This document shows, in pieces, positions 16,808-25,502 of a DNA stretch of 64,000 bases; positions within the stretch are counted from its first letter, which is position 1; each line of letters starts with the position of its first letter. This DNA comes from an uncultured Kiritimatiellota bacterium (GTDB taxonomy: Bacteria; Verrucomicrobiota; Kiritimatiellia; RFP12; UBA1067), in contig CAKULV010000012.1 in the NCBI GenBank assembly GCA_934667425.1, positions 767 to 64,766 on the forward strand, read 5' to 3'. The translations under genes were made by a program, and so were the position numbers. The notes under the pieces are model-generated. The model saw nothing but the letters and a program-made list of their open reading frames with translations. It did no database searches and was not told the DNA's origin.

Positions 16808-17082
16808 CGGAAACCAGGGAATTCACATTGATAAACAAGTACGGGCTTCACGTGAGGCCTGCCGGACTCTTTGCCAAGATAGCCTCGCGCTACGATGCCG
16901 ATGTGCAGGTGGAGAAGGACGGGAACACTGTTTCGGGCAAGTCCATAATGGCGCTCATGACGCTTGAGGCCGTCAATGGGTCTGTCCTCAAGGTGACCGC
17001 CGACGGCCCGCAGTCCAAAGAGGTGCTTGACGACCTTGAGGGGTTGATCGGCCGCAAGTTCGACATACCAGACGAACAGTGA
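16804..17082 (+). CDS. ptsH: Phosphocarrier protein HPr
   Basis: It has GLHVRPA (His15) and GKSIMALMTL (Ser46). The start overlaps the hprK stop (ATGA). Confidence 0.9.
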   Translation: MTETREFTLINKYGLHVRPAGLFAKIASRYDADVQVEKDGNTVSGKSIMALMTLEAVNGSVLKVTADGPQSKEVLDDLEGLIGRKFDIPDEQ

Positions 17083-17108
17083 GCGGGGCGGAACAGGAGA
17101 CAAAGTGC

Positions 17109-18920
17109 ATGGTCACCGTGTCAGGCACGGCGACCAGCCGCGGCTTGGTCTCAGGCCCCGTGTTCCTTTATGTCGGCGACCGCGCTCTCCCGATCCCCGA
17201 ATACACGCTTCAGGCCGATAGGGTCGGCGCGGAGCTTGCGCGATTCAGGGAGGCGCGGGCGGAGACGCGCAGACAGCTTGAGGGGGTGGCCGTCGATGTC
17301 TCGGCGCGGCTGACCGGCTCCGAGGCGGACATCTTCGAGAACCATCTCGTGATCCTTGAGGACGAGGTGATAATCACTTCCGTCGAGAAGCTGATAAGGG
17401 AAAGCCGGCTGAACGTAGAGGCCGCCGTGCACAGGGTGATGTCGGATTTCCGCGCAAAGTTCGCCAGGATGAACGACCCGTACCTTCGCGAGCGTTCGCA
17501 GGATCTTGACGATGTGGAGAAGCGGCTCTTGCGGACGCTCGACGGCAAGGCGGAGACAGCCCTCTCAAGCATCAAGACGGCCTGCATAATCGTGGCGGAC
17601 GACCTCACGCCATCCGAAACGGTCACGATGCCGCGCAAGCTGATCCTGGGCTTCGCGACAAATCGCGGGTCTGTCACAAGCCATGTCGCGCTGCTTGCCA
17701 GGGCGATGGGGATTCCGGCCGTCACTGGGCTGGGAGACATAACGTCCCGCGTGAAGGCGGGCGACCACATACTTCTTGACGGCACAAGCGGGACTGTCAC
17801 AATAAACGCCGACCAAGAGGCGAGGGAACAGTTCGCCCGGCTGATCTGGCGGGAGCGCGAACTGCTGGCTGAGCTTGGGGCGCCTGTCGGGCATAAAAGC
17901 CGGGGCTTGAACGTAAGGCTTCTCGCCAATGTCCAACCCGGAATGTCCTTCCCGGCACTATCTACATATGGTGCGGAGGGGATAGGTCTGTACCGCAGCG
18001 AGTACCTTTGGCTTGGCGGCACCGATGAGCCTACGGAGAACGAGCAGATGCTCGCCTACAAGGAGGCGGCCGTGGCCGCGTCGTCGCTCGGTCATGGTGC
18101 GCGTACCGTTTTCCGCGTCCTTGACATCGGTGGCGACAAAATGATGAAGGGGGCAAAGGCAAAGGAGGCGAACCCATTCCTCGGAAACAGGTCGATAAGG
18201 TTCCTGCTTTCGCGGCGTGACGTGTTCCGCGCCCAGCTGCGCGCCATGCTGAAGGCGAGCGCTTATGGGCCTTCCGCCATCATGTATCCGATGGTCGCAA
18301 CCATCGAGGAGCTTAGGCAGGCGAACGCCGAACTCATAAGTGCGATGGAACAGCTTCGCATGGCGAACATCCCATTTGACGAGCATCTGCCCGTCGGCTG
18401 CATGATAGAGATCCCTTCGGCCGCGCTGAATGCCGCCCTGTTCGCCAGAGAGGTGTCGTTCTTCTCGATCGGGACAAACGACCTCGTGCAGTACACGATG
18501 GCGGCGGATCGCGGCAACGAGCAGGTGTCCTACCTGTACCAGCCCACAAACCCATCGGTTCTTCGCCTTGTGAACATGACGGTCGAGGCGGCGAATGGCG
18601 CCGGCATACCCTGTGCCGTGTGCGGCGAGTCCGCAAGCGACCCTGTGCTGGCCTGCCTGTGGGCGGCCATTGGCGTCAAGGAGCTTTCGATGAGCGCAAG
18701 CTATATCCCTGTGATCCGCAAGACGCTCGCTTCGGTGACCCCGGACGATGCGGCGGGACTCGCCTGCGAGGTCAGGGAGCTTTGCGCGACGGCCGGATCG
18801 AAGGAGATTTATGACCATGTGCGCGGCTTTCTCAAGACCCGTATTCCGAATCTTGATGAGCTGCAGACGTTCTTTGCTGCGCCCGTGGCGAAAAAGATGG
18901 CATTGGGGGAGGTCTTATGA
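17109..18920 (+). CDS. ptsI: Phosphoenolpyruvate-protein phosphotransferase (PTS enzyme I)
   Basis: EI motifs are GGSVTSHVALLARAMGIPAV (active His), GLYRSEYL and SIGTNDLVQY. The alternative GTG at 17079 (GTGA overlap with ptsH) cannot be excluded. Confidence 0.9.
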   Translation: MVTVSGTATSRGLVSGPVFLYVGDRALPIPEYTLQADRVGAELARFREARAETRRQLEGVAVDVSARLTGSEADIFENHLVILEDEVIITSVEKLIRESRLNVEAAVHRVMSDFRAKFARMNDPYLRERSQDLDDVEKRLLRTLDGKAETALSSIKTACIIVADDLTPSETVTMPRKLILGFATNRGSVTSHVALLARAMGIPAVTGLGDITSRVKAGDHILLDGTSGTVTINADQEAREQFARLIWRERELLAELGAPVGHKSRGLNVRLLANVQPGMSFPALSTYGAEGIGLYRSEYLWLGGTDEPTENEQMLAYKEAAVAASSLGHGARTVFRVLDIGGDKMMKGAKAKEANPFLGNRSIRFLLSRRDVFRAQLRAMLKASAYGPSAIMYPMVATIEELRQANAELISAMEQLRMANIPFDEHLPVGCMIEIPSAALNAALFAREVSFFSIGTNDLVQYTMAADRGNEQVSYLYQPTNPSVLRLVNMTVEAANGAGIPCAVCGESASDPVLACLWAAIGVKELSMSASYIPVIRKTLASVTPDDAAGLACEVRELCATAGSKEIYDHVRGFLKTRIPNLDELQTFFAAPVAKKMALGEVL

Positions 18921-20464
18921 ACGTTCGACAGACGAGAAAAGGAAGGTGTTCGGGTGCGAAGAAACCACGCATCCTGATCGTTACGCCGGAGATTACCTAT
19001 CTTCCGGAGGGGATGGGGAACCTTGCCGGCCAGATGAGCGCCAAGGCGGGGGGGATGGCCGATGTGTCCGCATCCCTCGTGGCGGCGCTCTTCGATCTCG
19101 GCGCGGATGTGCATGTGGCGCTTCCGCACTACAGGCGCATGTTCCATGAGGAGACCGCGAAGCTTGTGGCGGATGAGCTTCGCGTGTACAAGAGCCGTAT
19201 GCCGAATGAGCGCATCCACCTTGCGGAAGACCGCTGCTTCTACTACCGCGACCATGTGTATGCGCAGGGCGACGGGAACGCAAAGCTTTCCCTTGCGTTT
19301 CAGCGCGAGGTGATAAACAACATCATGAACACGGTTCAGCCAGACCTCATCCACTGCAACGACTGGATGACGGGACTGATACCGGCTGCTGCCAGGCGCG
19401 AAGGCATCCCCTGTCTCTTCACTGTGCACAACATACATACGCACAAGATGACGCTCGCCCAGATCGAGGATTCCGGCATCGACGCCGCCGAATTCTGGAG
19501 CAATCTCTACTATTCCCGGCCTCCGTACAATTACGAAGAGTCCCGCAACACGAACCAGGTCGATCTTCAGGCATCCGGCGTGTTTGCGGCCCACTACATC
19601 AACACCGTCTCGCCTACGTTCCTCCAGGAGATCGTGAATGGATGGCACGGCTTCATCCCGGATTCCATACGCAACGAGATCCGCAACAAGTACTACGCAG
19701 GCTGCGCCGAGGGCATCCTGAACGCCCCGGATCCGACGGACAACCCTGCCATAGACGACAAGATCCCGTTCAAGTACACTCCCGCAGACCATGCGGAGAA
19801 CAAGCGCAAGAACAAGGTTCTGCTCCAGCGGGCGCTTGGACTCGAGGAGAACCCCAATGCTCCGCTGTTCTTCTGGCCGTCCCGACTGGATCCGGCGCAG
19901 AAGGGGCCCCAACTCCTGACGGACATCGCATACCGGTTCATCAGCAAGTACTGGGATGAAGGTGCGCAGATCGCAATCGTCGCAAACGGAGCGTACCAGC
20001 AGCCGTTCTGGGACATAAGGTCGTTCCATGGGATCCAGGGGCGGCTTGGAGTGCACAATTTTGACGGACGCCTCTCGCAGCTCGGCTTCGCGGGGTCTGA
20101 TTTCATGGTCATGCCGTCCCTGTTCGAGCCATGCGGCCTTCCGCAGATGCAGGCCCCGATATACGGTTCGCTTGCCGTTGCCCACAATACAGGCGGACTT
20201 CACGACACTGTTGAGATGATTGACGTGGCGAACCACAGGGGGAACGGGTTCGTGTTCGACACGTACGACTCCAACGGCCTTTTCTGGGCGATGGATCGTG
20301 CCATGGATTTCTGGAAGCTGCCGGTCGAAATCCGTGAAGCCGAGGTGACACGCATAATGGAGGAATCGGTTCGCAGGTTCAGCCATGAGGCGTGCGCCCA
20401 GAAATACATCGAGCTCTACGAAAGGATGCTGAACCGTCCTTTGGTGAAGAGCTTCGCCTCGTGA
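18917..20464 (+). CDS. glgA: Glycogen/starch synthase (GT5)
   Basis: It has an N-terminal KAGGMADV-type motif (SAKAGGMADV), the motifs HCNDWMTGL and PSLFEPCGL, and an ATGA overlap with ptsI. Confidence 0.85.
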   Translation: MNVRQTRKGRCSGAKKPRILIVTPEITYLPEGMGNLAGQMSAKAGGMADVSASLVAALFDLGADVHVALPHYRRMFHEETAKLVADELRVYKSRMPNERIHLAEDRCFYYRDHVYAQGDGNAKLSLAFQREVINNIMNTVQPDLIHCNDWMTGLIPAAARREGIPCLFTVHNIHTHKMTLAQIEDSGIDAAEFWSNLYYSRPPYNYEESRNTNQVDLQASGVFAAHYINTVSPTFLQEIVNGWHGFIPDSIRNEIRNKYYAGCAEGILNAPDPTDNPAIDDKIPFKYTPADHAENKRKNKVLLQRALGLEENPNAPLFFWPSRLDPAQKGPQLLTDIAYRFISKYWDEGAQIAIVANGAYQQPFWDIRSFHGIQGRLGVHNFDGRLSQLGFAGSDFMVMPSLFEPCGLPQMQAPIYGSLAVAHNTGGLHDTVEMIDVANHRGNGFVFDTYDSNGLFWAMDRAMDFWKLPVEIREAEVTRIMEESVRRFSHEACAQKYIELYERMLNRPLVKSFAS

Positions 20465-20480
20465 TTTGAGAGGATTGCCT

Positions 20481-21098
20481 GTGAATGTGCTTGAGGTCGA
20501 GAACCTTGTCAAGGAATACCGGATACCGGGGCAGCCGCCGATCCGGGTGCTTGATGGCGTTACGTTCAGCGTGGCGGAGGGGGAGCATGTCGCGGTAATG
20601 GGCCGCAGCGGCGCGGGGAAGACTACGCTTCTGAATGTCCTCGGCGGTCTGGATCGGCCTACGTCGGGGAAGGTGCGTTGCGCAAAGAACACCGGATTCG
20701 TGTTCCAGAGCTTTCGCCTCATGCCGGAACTGACGGTTCTCGAGAACGTGGTGCTGCCATCGATGTCCGGCTCTGTCCATTTGCCCAATGCGGTGGATAT
20801 GGCAAAAGAGCTTCTGCTTAAGGTCGGTCTGTCGGAAAGGGCCGATCACCTTCCTGCGGAATTGTCCGGCGGCGAGCAGCAGCGGGTGGCGATCGCCAGG
20901 GCTCTCATATGCCAGCCGGAGATAATTTTCGCCGATGAGCCGACCGGAAACCTTGACGCGATGACGGGCTCCGACATTCTGCGGCTGCTCTTCGAGTTCA
21001 GCGGGAAGCCGTTCGCCCTTGTCATGGTTACGCACTCTTCCGGGGCCGCCGCAATGTGCGACCGCACGCTCCGCCTCGATGGCGGACGCTTCGTGTGA
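20481..21098 (+). CDS. ABC transporter ATP-binding protein (LolD/FtsE/MacB-like), short form, with no adjacent permease gene
   Basis: It has Walker A GRSGAGKTT, signature LSGGEQQRVA and Walker B FADEPTGNLD. I prefer the GTG at 20481 (gagagga SD); TTG at 20466 is possible. Confidence 0.75.
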   Translation: MNVLEVENLVKEYRIPGQPPIRVLDGVTFSVAEGEHVAVMGRSGAGKTTLLNVLGGLDRPTSGKVRCAKNTGFVFQSFRLMPELTVLENVVLPSMSGSVHLPNAVDMAKELLLKVGLSERADHLPAELSGGEQQRVAIARALICQPEIIFADEPTGNLDAMTGSDILRLLFEFSGKPFALVMVTHSSGAAAMCDRTLRLDGGRFV

Positions 21099-21116
21099 AA
21101 AAAGTGAGGCATTCGC

Positions 21117-21145
21117 TTGACTTTGCGGACGCGATTTGATATCTT
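21117..21145 (+). promoter_or_regulatory. Sigma-70-type promoter for the tRNA pair
   Basis: TTGACT is followed by a 17-nt spacer and then TGaTATCTT. It sits about 18 nt upstream of the tRNA-Ser 5' end. Confidence 0.5.
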
Positions 21146-21162
21146 ACACACCTGTTTCGAGG

Positions 21163-21254
21163 GGAGAGGTGGCAGAGCCTGGTTGAATGCACATGACTCG
21201 AAATCATGCATACCCGCAAGGGTATCGGGGGTTCGAATCCCTCCCTCTCCGCCA
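21163..21254 (+). tRNA. tRNA-Ser (anticodon CGA), CCA encoded
   Basis: I folded it by hand. It has a 7-bp acceptor stem GGAGAGG/CCTCTCC, an anticodon stem CATGA/TCATG with loop CTCGAAA, a long variable arm, a GGTTCGAAT T-loop and a 3' GCCA. Confidence 0.9.
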
Positions 21255-21257
21255 AGA

Positions 21258-21331
21258 GCGGGCGTAATTCAATGGCAGAATAGGAGCTTCCCAAGCTTCT
21301 TACGTGGGTTCGATTCCCATCGCCCGCTCCA
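21258..21331 (+). tRNA. tRNA-Gly (anticodon CCC), CCA encoded
   Basis: It has an acceptor stem GCGGGCG/CGCCCGC, an anticodon loop TTCCCAA, a GGTTCGATT T-loop and a 3' TCCA followed by a T-run. Confidence 0.9.
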
Positions 21332-21442
21332 TTTTTTCCCTTTACCAATCCCTCGGCCCTATTTAGCGATTGATTACGGTCATATACAGGCGAAAAGAGC
21401 AAATGAATAGTTGATTTTTGCATTCCAAAGCAAGATGTTCAA

Positions 21443-21451
21443 TGGTACAAT
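21443..21451 (+). promoter_or_regulatory. Extended -10-like TGGTACAAT upstream of the M24 peptidase gene
   Basis: It lies 27 nt upstream of the ATG at 21479, with an AAGGAG SD in between. Confidence 0.45.
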
Positions 21452-21478
21452 TGCGGACATTTGAAAGGAGTGCATAAA

Positions 21479-22636
21479 ATGGGTATTCTAAAACTGGCTG
21501 ATTTCAATGCTCGAATAGAGGCTGCGCGAGAGATCGTGAAGAAGAACGGCCTTGACGCGATAATGGTTTTCTCCACCGAGTGCGAGCCGGCTCAGGTGCG
21601 GTATTTCTCTGATTACTGGCCGAGTTTCGAGACGGCGGCGGTGCTGGTTCCGGCAAAGGGCGATGCAGCCTTGCTGATAGGTCCCGAGTCCCTTACGTAC
21701 GCATCGGCGCGCACGAAGATCCCGAACGTGATCCAGCTCATGGACTTCCGCGAATCTTCGCAGCCGGACTACCCCGGATCGAAGCTCCCGAAGTGGGCGG
21801 ACGTGGTGAAGCGCTACAGCCTCAAGAAGATCGGCCTCTCGGGCTACTTCCTCTTCCCGTATGCGATGATGGCGCCTCTCGCGAAGGCGATGGGCGGAAT
21901 GAGGAACGTCGTTCCGGCGGACGATATGATGCGTCCGCTCTACATGAAGAAGTCGTCTGCCGAGGTGAAGTGCCTCAAGGCGGCGGCGAAGGCGAGCGAG
22001 GCCGGATTCAAGGCGATACTCGAGGCGATCAGGCCCGGCATGACGGAGGCGGAGCTTTGCGGCATCGCCACGCGGGCCATGACCGCCGCCGGGGCGGAAT
22101 CGACGGGCTACCCGATCTGGTGCTGCTCGGGGCCCAACTCGAACCAGGCGATCTCGCGCCCGACGATGCGCAAGGTGAGGCGCGGCGAGATCATCCACTT
22201 CTCGATCGGCGCGAAGGTCGAGGGCTACTCGGCGTCAATCGGGCGGCCGGTGGTGCTCGGCAAGTGCCCGAAGGCCACGCTCGAATTCCTGCAGGTGGGG
22301 CTTGACGCCGCGAACATGACCTTCGACGAGATGCGGGCTGGACGCCAGGCGGGCGACGTCGCGAGGAAGATCCACCAGTTCGTCATCGACAGGGGCTACG
22401 GAGATGCCATCCTCTACGGGCCATGCCACGGCACGGGGCAGATGGAGTGCGAATACCCGTTCCTGGAGACAAGCTCGACCTACACGCTCGAGGCCGGCAT
22501 GACGTTCATGCAGGACATGTTCCTGCATCGCGGCAACCAGGGCTTCCGCTGGGAGGATGGCCTGCTCGTCAAGGCGAATGGGCCGGCCGAGATGCTGTCG
22601 AGCTACGGGCGCAGGATCAACATTCTTGACCGATAG
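21479..22636 (+). CDS. M24-family metallopeptidase (Xaa-Pro dipeptidase/creatinase-like)
   Basis: It has a creatinase-like N-domain plus a pita-bread C-domain, with metal ligands in the HFSIGAKVEGYSASIGR and HGTGQMECEYP contexts. Confidence 0.75.
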   Translation: MGILKLADFNARIEAAREIVKKNGLDAIMVFSTECEPAQVRYFSDYWPSFETAAVLVPAKGDAALLIGPESLTYASARTKIPNVIQLMDFRESSQPDYPGSKLPKWADVVKRYSLKKIGLSGYFLFPYAMMAPLAKAMGGMRNVVPADDMMRPLYMKKSSAEVKCLKAAAKASEAGFKAILEAIRPGMTEAELCGIATRAMTAAGAESTGYPIWCCSGPNSNQAISRPTMRKVRRGEIIHFSIGAKVEGYSASIGRPVVLGKCPKATLEFLQVGLDAANMTFDEMRAGRQAGDVARKIHQFVIDRGYGDAILYGPCHGTGQMECEYPFLETSSTYTLEAGMTFMQDMFLHRGNQGFRWEDGLLVKANGPAEMLSSYGRRINILDR

Positions 22637-22648
22637 AGGAAGTTGGCC

Positions 22649-23674
22649 ATGGGACGAAAGAGAATCTGGGCGAACCTTCTGCATCTTGGCACCAACATGT
22701 GGAGCGACCGGCTGAACACGCCTGAGCATCCGTGCAAGACGATACCGAAGAACGTCAAGGACACGTATGCTTTTGGCCGTACGGACGTTATGCGTTTCGA
22801 TGACCGCGTGTGGGAGGACCTTACCGCCAAATCCGCATCGATCGGCATGAACATGATCGTCATCGATCTCGGCGAGGGGCTGGAGTATCCGAGCCATCCG
22901 GAGCTGGCAATACGCGGAAGCTGGTCGCCGGACAGGCTGAAGCGGGAACTCGCGCGGCTGCGCGGCCTTGGCCTCGAGCCAATCCCCAAGATGAACTTCT
23001 CGTGTTGCCACGATGCCTGGCTTGGCGAGTACAGGAAGATGACGTCGACATCCATCTACTACCGGGTGTGCGCAGACCTGATACGCGATGCCCTGCGGCT
23101 TTTCGAGTCTCCGCGCTTCATCCATCTTGGGATGGACGAGGAAGTCGTGGAGCTTAACAAGGCCTACGACTATGCGCATGGGCGGCAGGGCGAACTGTGG
23201 TGGCACGACCTCAATTTCCTTGTAGGGGAAGTGGAGAAGCACGGATCTCGCGCCATAGTCTGGAGCGATGGCAACTGGTACATGGATGATTTCGTGGCGA
23301 GGATGCCCAAGAGCGTAGTGCAGTCGAACTGGTACTACTGGAAGAACGTCGCCGAGATAGAGCCGAAGGCTGACCTCCCAAGGCCAAAGGACGAGAAGCG
23401 TCCGCGCTACGCCGGGCAGAACCCGACCGTCGAGCTCCGCACGTTCCTTGAGCTTGACCGGGCGGGGTTCGACCAGTTGCCGAGCGCGACGAACTGGAAC
23501 AGCCGCGAGAACATGTATCAGGTGGCGGAATACTGCACACGGCGAATCAATCCCGACAGGTTGCTCGGATTCCTGTTCGAGACCTGGGAGCGCACCGCCG
23601 CGTACAAGTCGTGCCTGGACAAGCATCGTGAATTCTTTGAGATTGTGGAGCCGATAATAAGGAAATTCGGCTGA
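22649..23674 (+). CDS. Hypothetical TIM-barrel glycoside-hydrolase-like protein
   Basis: The composition looks coding, and FIHLGMDEE resembles the H-x-G-x-D-E motif of GH20-type hexosaminidases. The family assignment is unverified. Confidence 0.5.
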   Translation: MGRKRIWANLLHLGTNMWSDRLNTPEHPCKTIPKNVKDTYAFGRTDVMRFDDRVWEDLTAKSASIGMNMIVIDLGEGLEYPSHPELAIRGSWSPDRLKRELARLRGLGLEPIPKMNFSCCHDAWLGEYRKMTSTSIYYRVCADLIRDALRLFESPRFIHLGMDEEVVELNKAYDYAHGRQGELWWHDLNFLVGEVEKHGSRAIVWSDGNWYMDDFVARMPKSVVQSNWYYWKNVAEIEPKADLPRPKDEKRPRYAGQNPTVELRTFLELDRAGFDQLPSATNWNSRENMYQVAEYCTRRINPDRLLGFLFETWERTAAYKSCLDKHREFFEIVEPIIRKFG

Positions 23675-23704
23675 CGCGGGCTTGCGTGAATCACCATCGC
23701 ATAA

Positions 23705-24508
23705 ATGAGGACGCTTATGATAATCGACATACACGGGCATCTTGGCAACATCAACTTCGCGCCTTTCTGGGCGGCGGATGGCGATAGGCTCGTCTCATAC
23801 CTGAAGGAATCTGGCGTAGACAAGCTCTGCCTCTCGGCTTCGCGGGCGATCATGTACGACATCCGCGAGGGCAATGCCGAACTCGACGCCTGCCTGAAGA
23901 GGCACGACGAGTTCTACGGCTACGTAGTGGTTTCCCCTACGTTCCCGGATTCGCTTGAGGACCTGAAGTACCTCAGGACGAACCGGAGGTTCAGGGGCGT
24001 AAAGATCCACCCCGACTACCACGGCTACGACCTTTCGGTGCCGTCGAACTTCACGTTCGTCGACAATGTGCTGAAGAAGGTCCCTATGGCGCTCTTCCAC
24101 TGCTCCTGCATGCCGGGCAGCGGCAAGTCGCCGTTCGCGACGATCGTCGAGCTTGCGCGGCGCAATCCGAAGACGAAGGTCGTCGCGGCGCATGGCGCGG
24201 GGCTCTTCCAGAACGGCAGCTACCCGTTCTTCCCGAACCTCGACTCGCTGGAGCGCGAGACGGCGAAGGGGCTGCCGAAGAACATCTGGATCGACACGGC
24301 GCACTACCTCCTGTACTGCTATCCGACGATCCTCCAGAAGATGGTCGATCTCGCCGGGGCCGACCACGTGGTGTTCGGCACGGACGCGCCGCTGCAGGGG
24401 CCGATGCAGATGCGGTTCATGGCCGAGCTTGTCGAATCGCTCGACAACCCGCAGGCCGACAAGGACAAGATCTTCCACAGGAACGCGGAAAAGATACTTG
24501 GGATTTAA
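23705..24508 (+). CDS. Amidohydrolase-superfamily metal-dependent hydrolase
   Basis: It has an N-terminal IDIHGH metal-binding motif, a (beta/alpha)8-like pattern and a later HGAG. Confidence 0.7.
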   Translation: MRTLMIIDIHGHLGNINFAPFWAADGDRLVSYLKESGVDKLCLSASRAIMYDIREGNAELDACLKRHDEFYGYVVVSPTFPDSLEDLKYLRTNRRFRGVKIHPDYHGYDLSVPSNFTFVDNVLKKVPMALFHCSCMPGSGKSPFATIVELARRNPKTKVVAAHGAGLFQNGSYPFFPNLDSLERETAKGLPKNIWIDTAHYLLYCYPTILQKMVDLAGADHVVFGTDAPLQGPMQMRFMAELVESLDNPQADKDKIFHRNAEKILGI

Positions 24509-24544
24509 GAAGAGACAACTGGCAAACAAAAGGAGACAAGCGAC

Positions 24545-25447
24545 ATGAACAGAAGAGAATTCATCCTGAACGCGGCCGCCGCCGGCGGCGCCGCGATGTT
24601 TGGCGGGTGCAAGTGCCCGTTCTGCGGGCAGCGCAAGCGCGTGCCATACGGCGACACGATCGGCGACCGCCTGTGGATGTGGGGCCACCATCCGCTTTCG
24701 CTCATGCCGTACAAGGGCAAGCCGATCTACAACATCCCGCCGCGCAGTCACATAGACATGGCCGACGCCTGCCGGGAAATGAACATCCCAGGTTGCTTCG
24801 TGGTGCGCTGGCGCGACCTGCCGCGCAAGGCCGAGCTGCCCGAGTACATGAAGCAGTTCAAGGACACGAAGCGCGTCGGATTCTCGATCACGGACAGCGC
24901 TGCGGAGGACTTCGACGAGAAGGTGCGCCTTGGGCTGGAGTTCGCGGACAAGATGCCGAACCTCACTTCACTTGTGATGGACGACTATTGGTCGGGCGTA
25001 AAGCAGCAGTCGGTCGATCACCTCAGGGTGACGCAGGCTCGGATCGCCGAGAAGGGCCTTCGCATGGGCGTAGTCCTGTATGCCGACGCCAATGGCGTGA
25101 AGGCCGAGTTCAGGGATGTCTTGGATGTCTGCGACGAGGTGACGTTCTGGTTCTGGAACGGGAAGAACGTAGGCACGATAGAGGAGCAGGTCGGGAAGCT
25201 CAAGGATCTTGTCGGCACGGAAAAGCCGATCCTCCTCGGACAGTACATGTACGACTTCGGCGGCCAGAAGGCGTTGCCCGGCTCGGATATGGAGCGGCAG
25301 CTCGCGGCGACGTCGAGCCTTCTCTCCCAGAAGGCGATTGAAGGCGTGATCTTCCACTGCACGCCGCTCGTGGACATGGATCTCGACGCCGTGAAGGTCT
25401 CCCGTGCGTGGATCAAGGAAAACGCGGCGAAGAAATGGGGGACGTAA
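24545..25447 (+). CDS. Hypothetical exported protein with a Tat-like signal (possibly a lipoprotein)
   Basis: The N-terminus MNRREFILNAAAAGGAAMFGGC has a twin-arginine-like motif and a Cys after the h-region. An AAGGAG SD is present. Confidence 0.55.
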   Translation: MNRREFILNAAAAGGAAMFGGCKCPFCGQRKRVPYGDTIGDRLWMWGHHPLSLMPYKGKPIYNIPPRSHIDMADACREMNIPGCFVVRWRDLPRKAELPEYMKQFKDTKRVGFSITDSAAEDFDEKVRLGLEFADKMPNLTSLVMDDYWSGVKQQSVDHLRVTQARIAEKGLRMGVVLYADANGVKAEFRDVLDVCDEVTFWFWNGKNVGTIEEQVGKLKDLVGTEKPILLGQYMYDFGGQKALPGSDMERQLAATSSLLSQKAIEGVIFHCTPLVDMDLDAVKVSRAWIKENAAKKWGT

Positions 25448-25502
25448 GGGCAGCGCAGCAACAAGATGGGTGCGGATTTGACGGGAGGAATGGAGGTGCA
25501 AT

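Noticed and set aside
18809-20788. 659-aa minus-strand ORF
   Set aside because: It lies antisense to glgA and the ABC ATPase, both of which have clear family motifs. The composition is of the shadow-ORF type.
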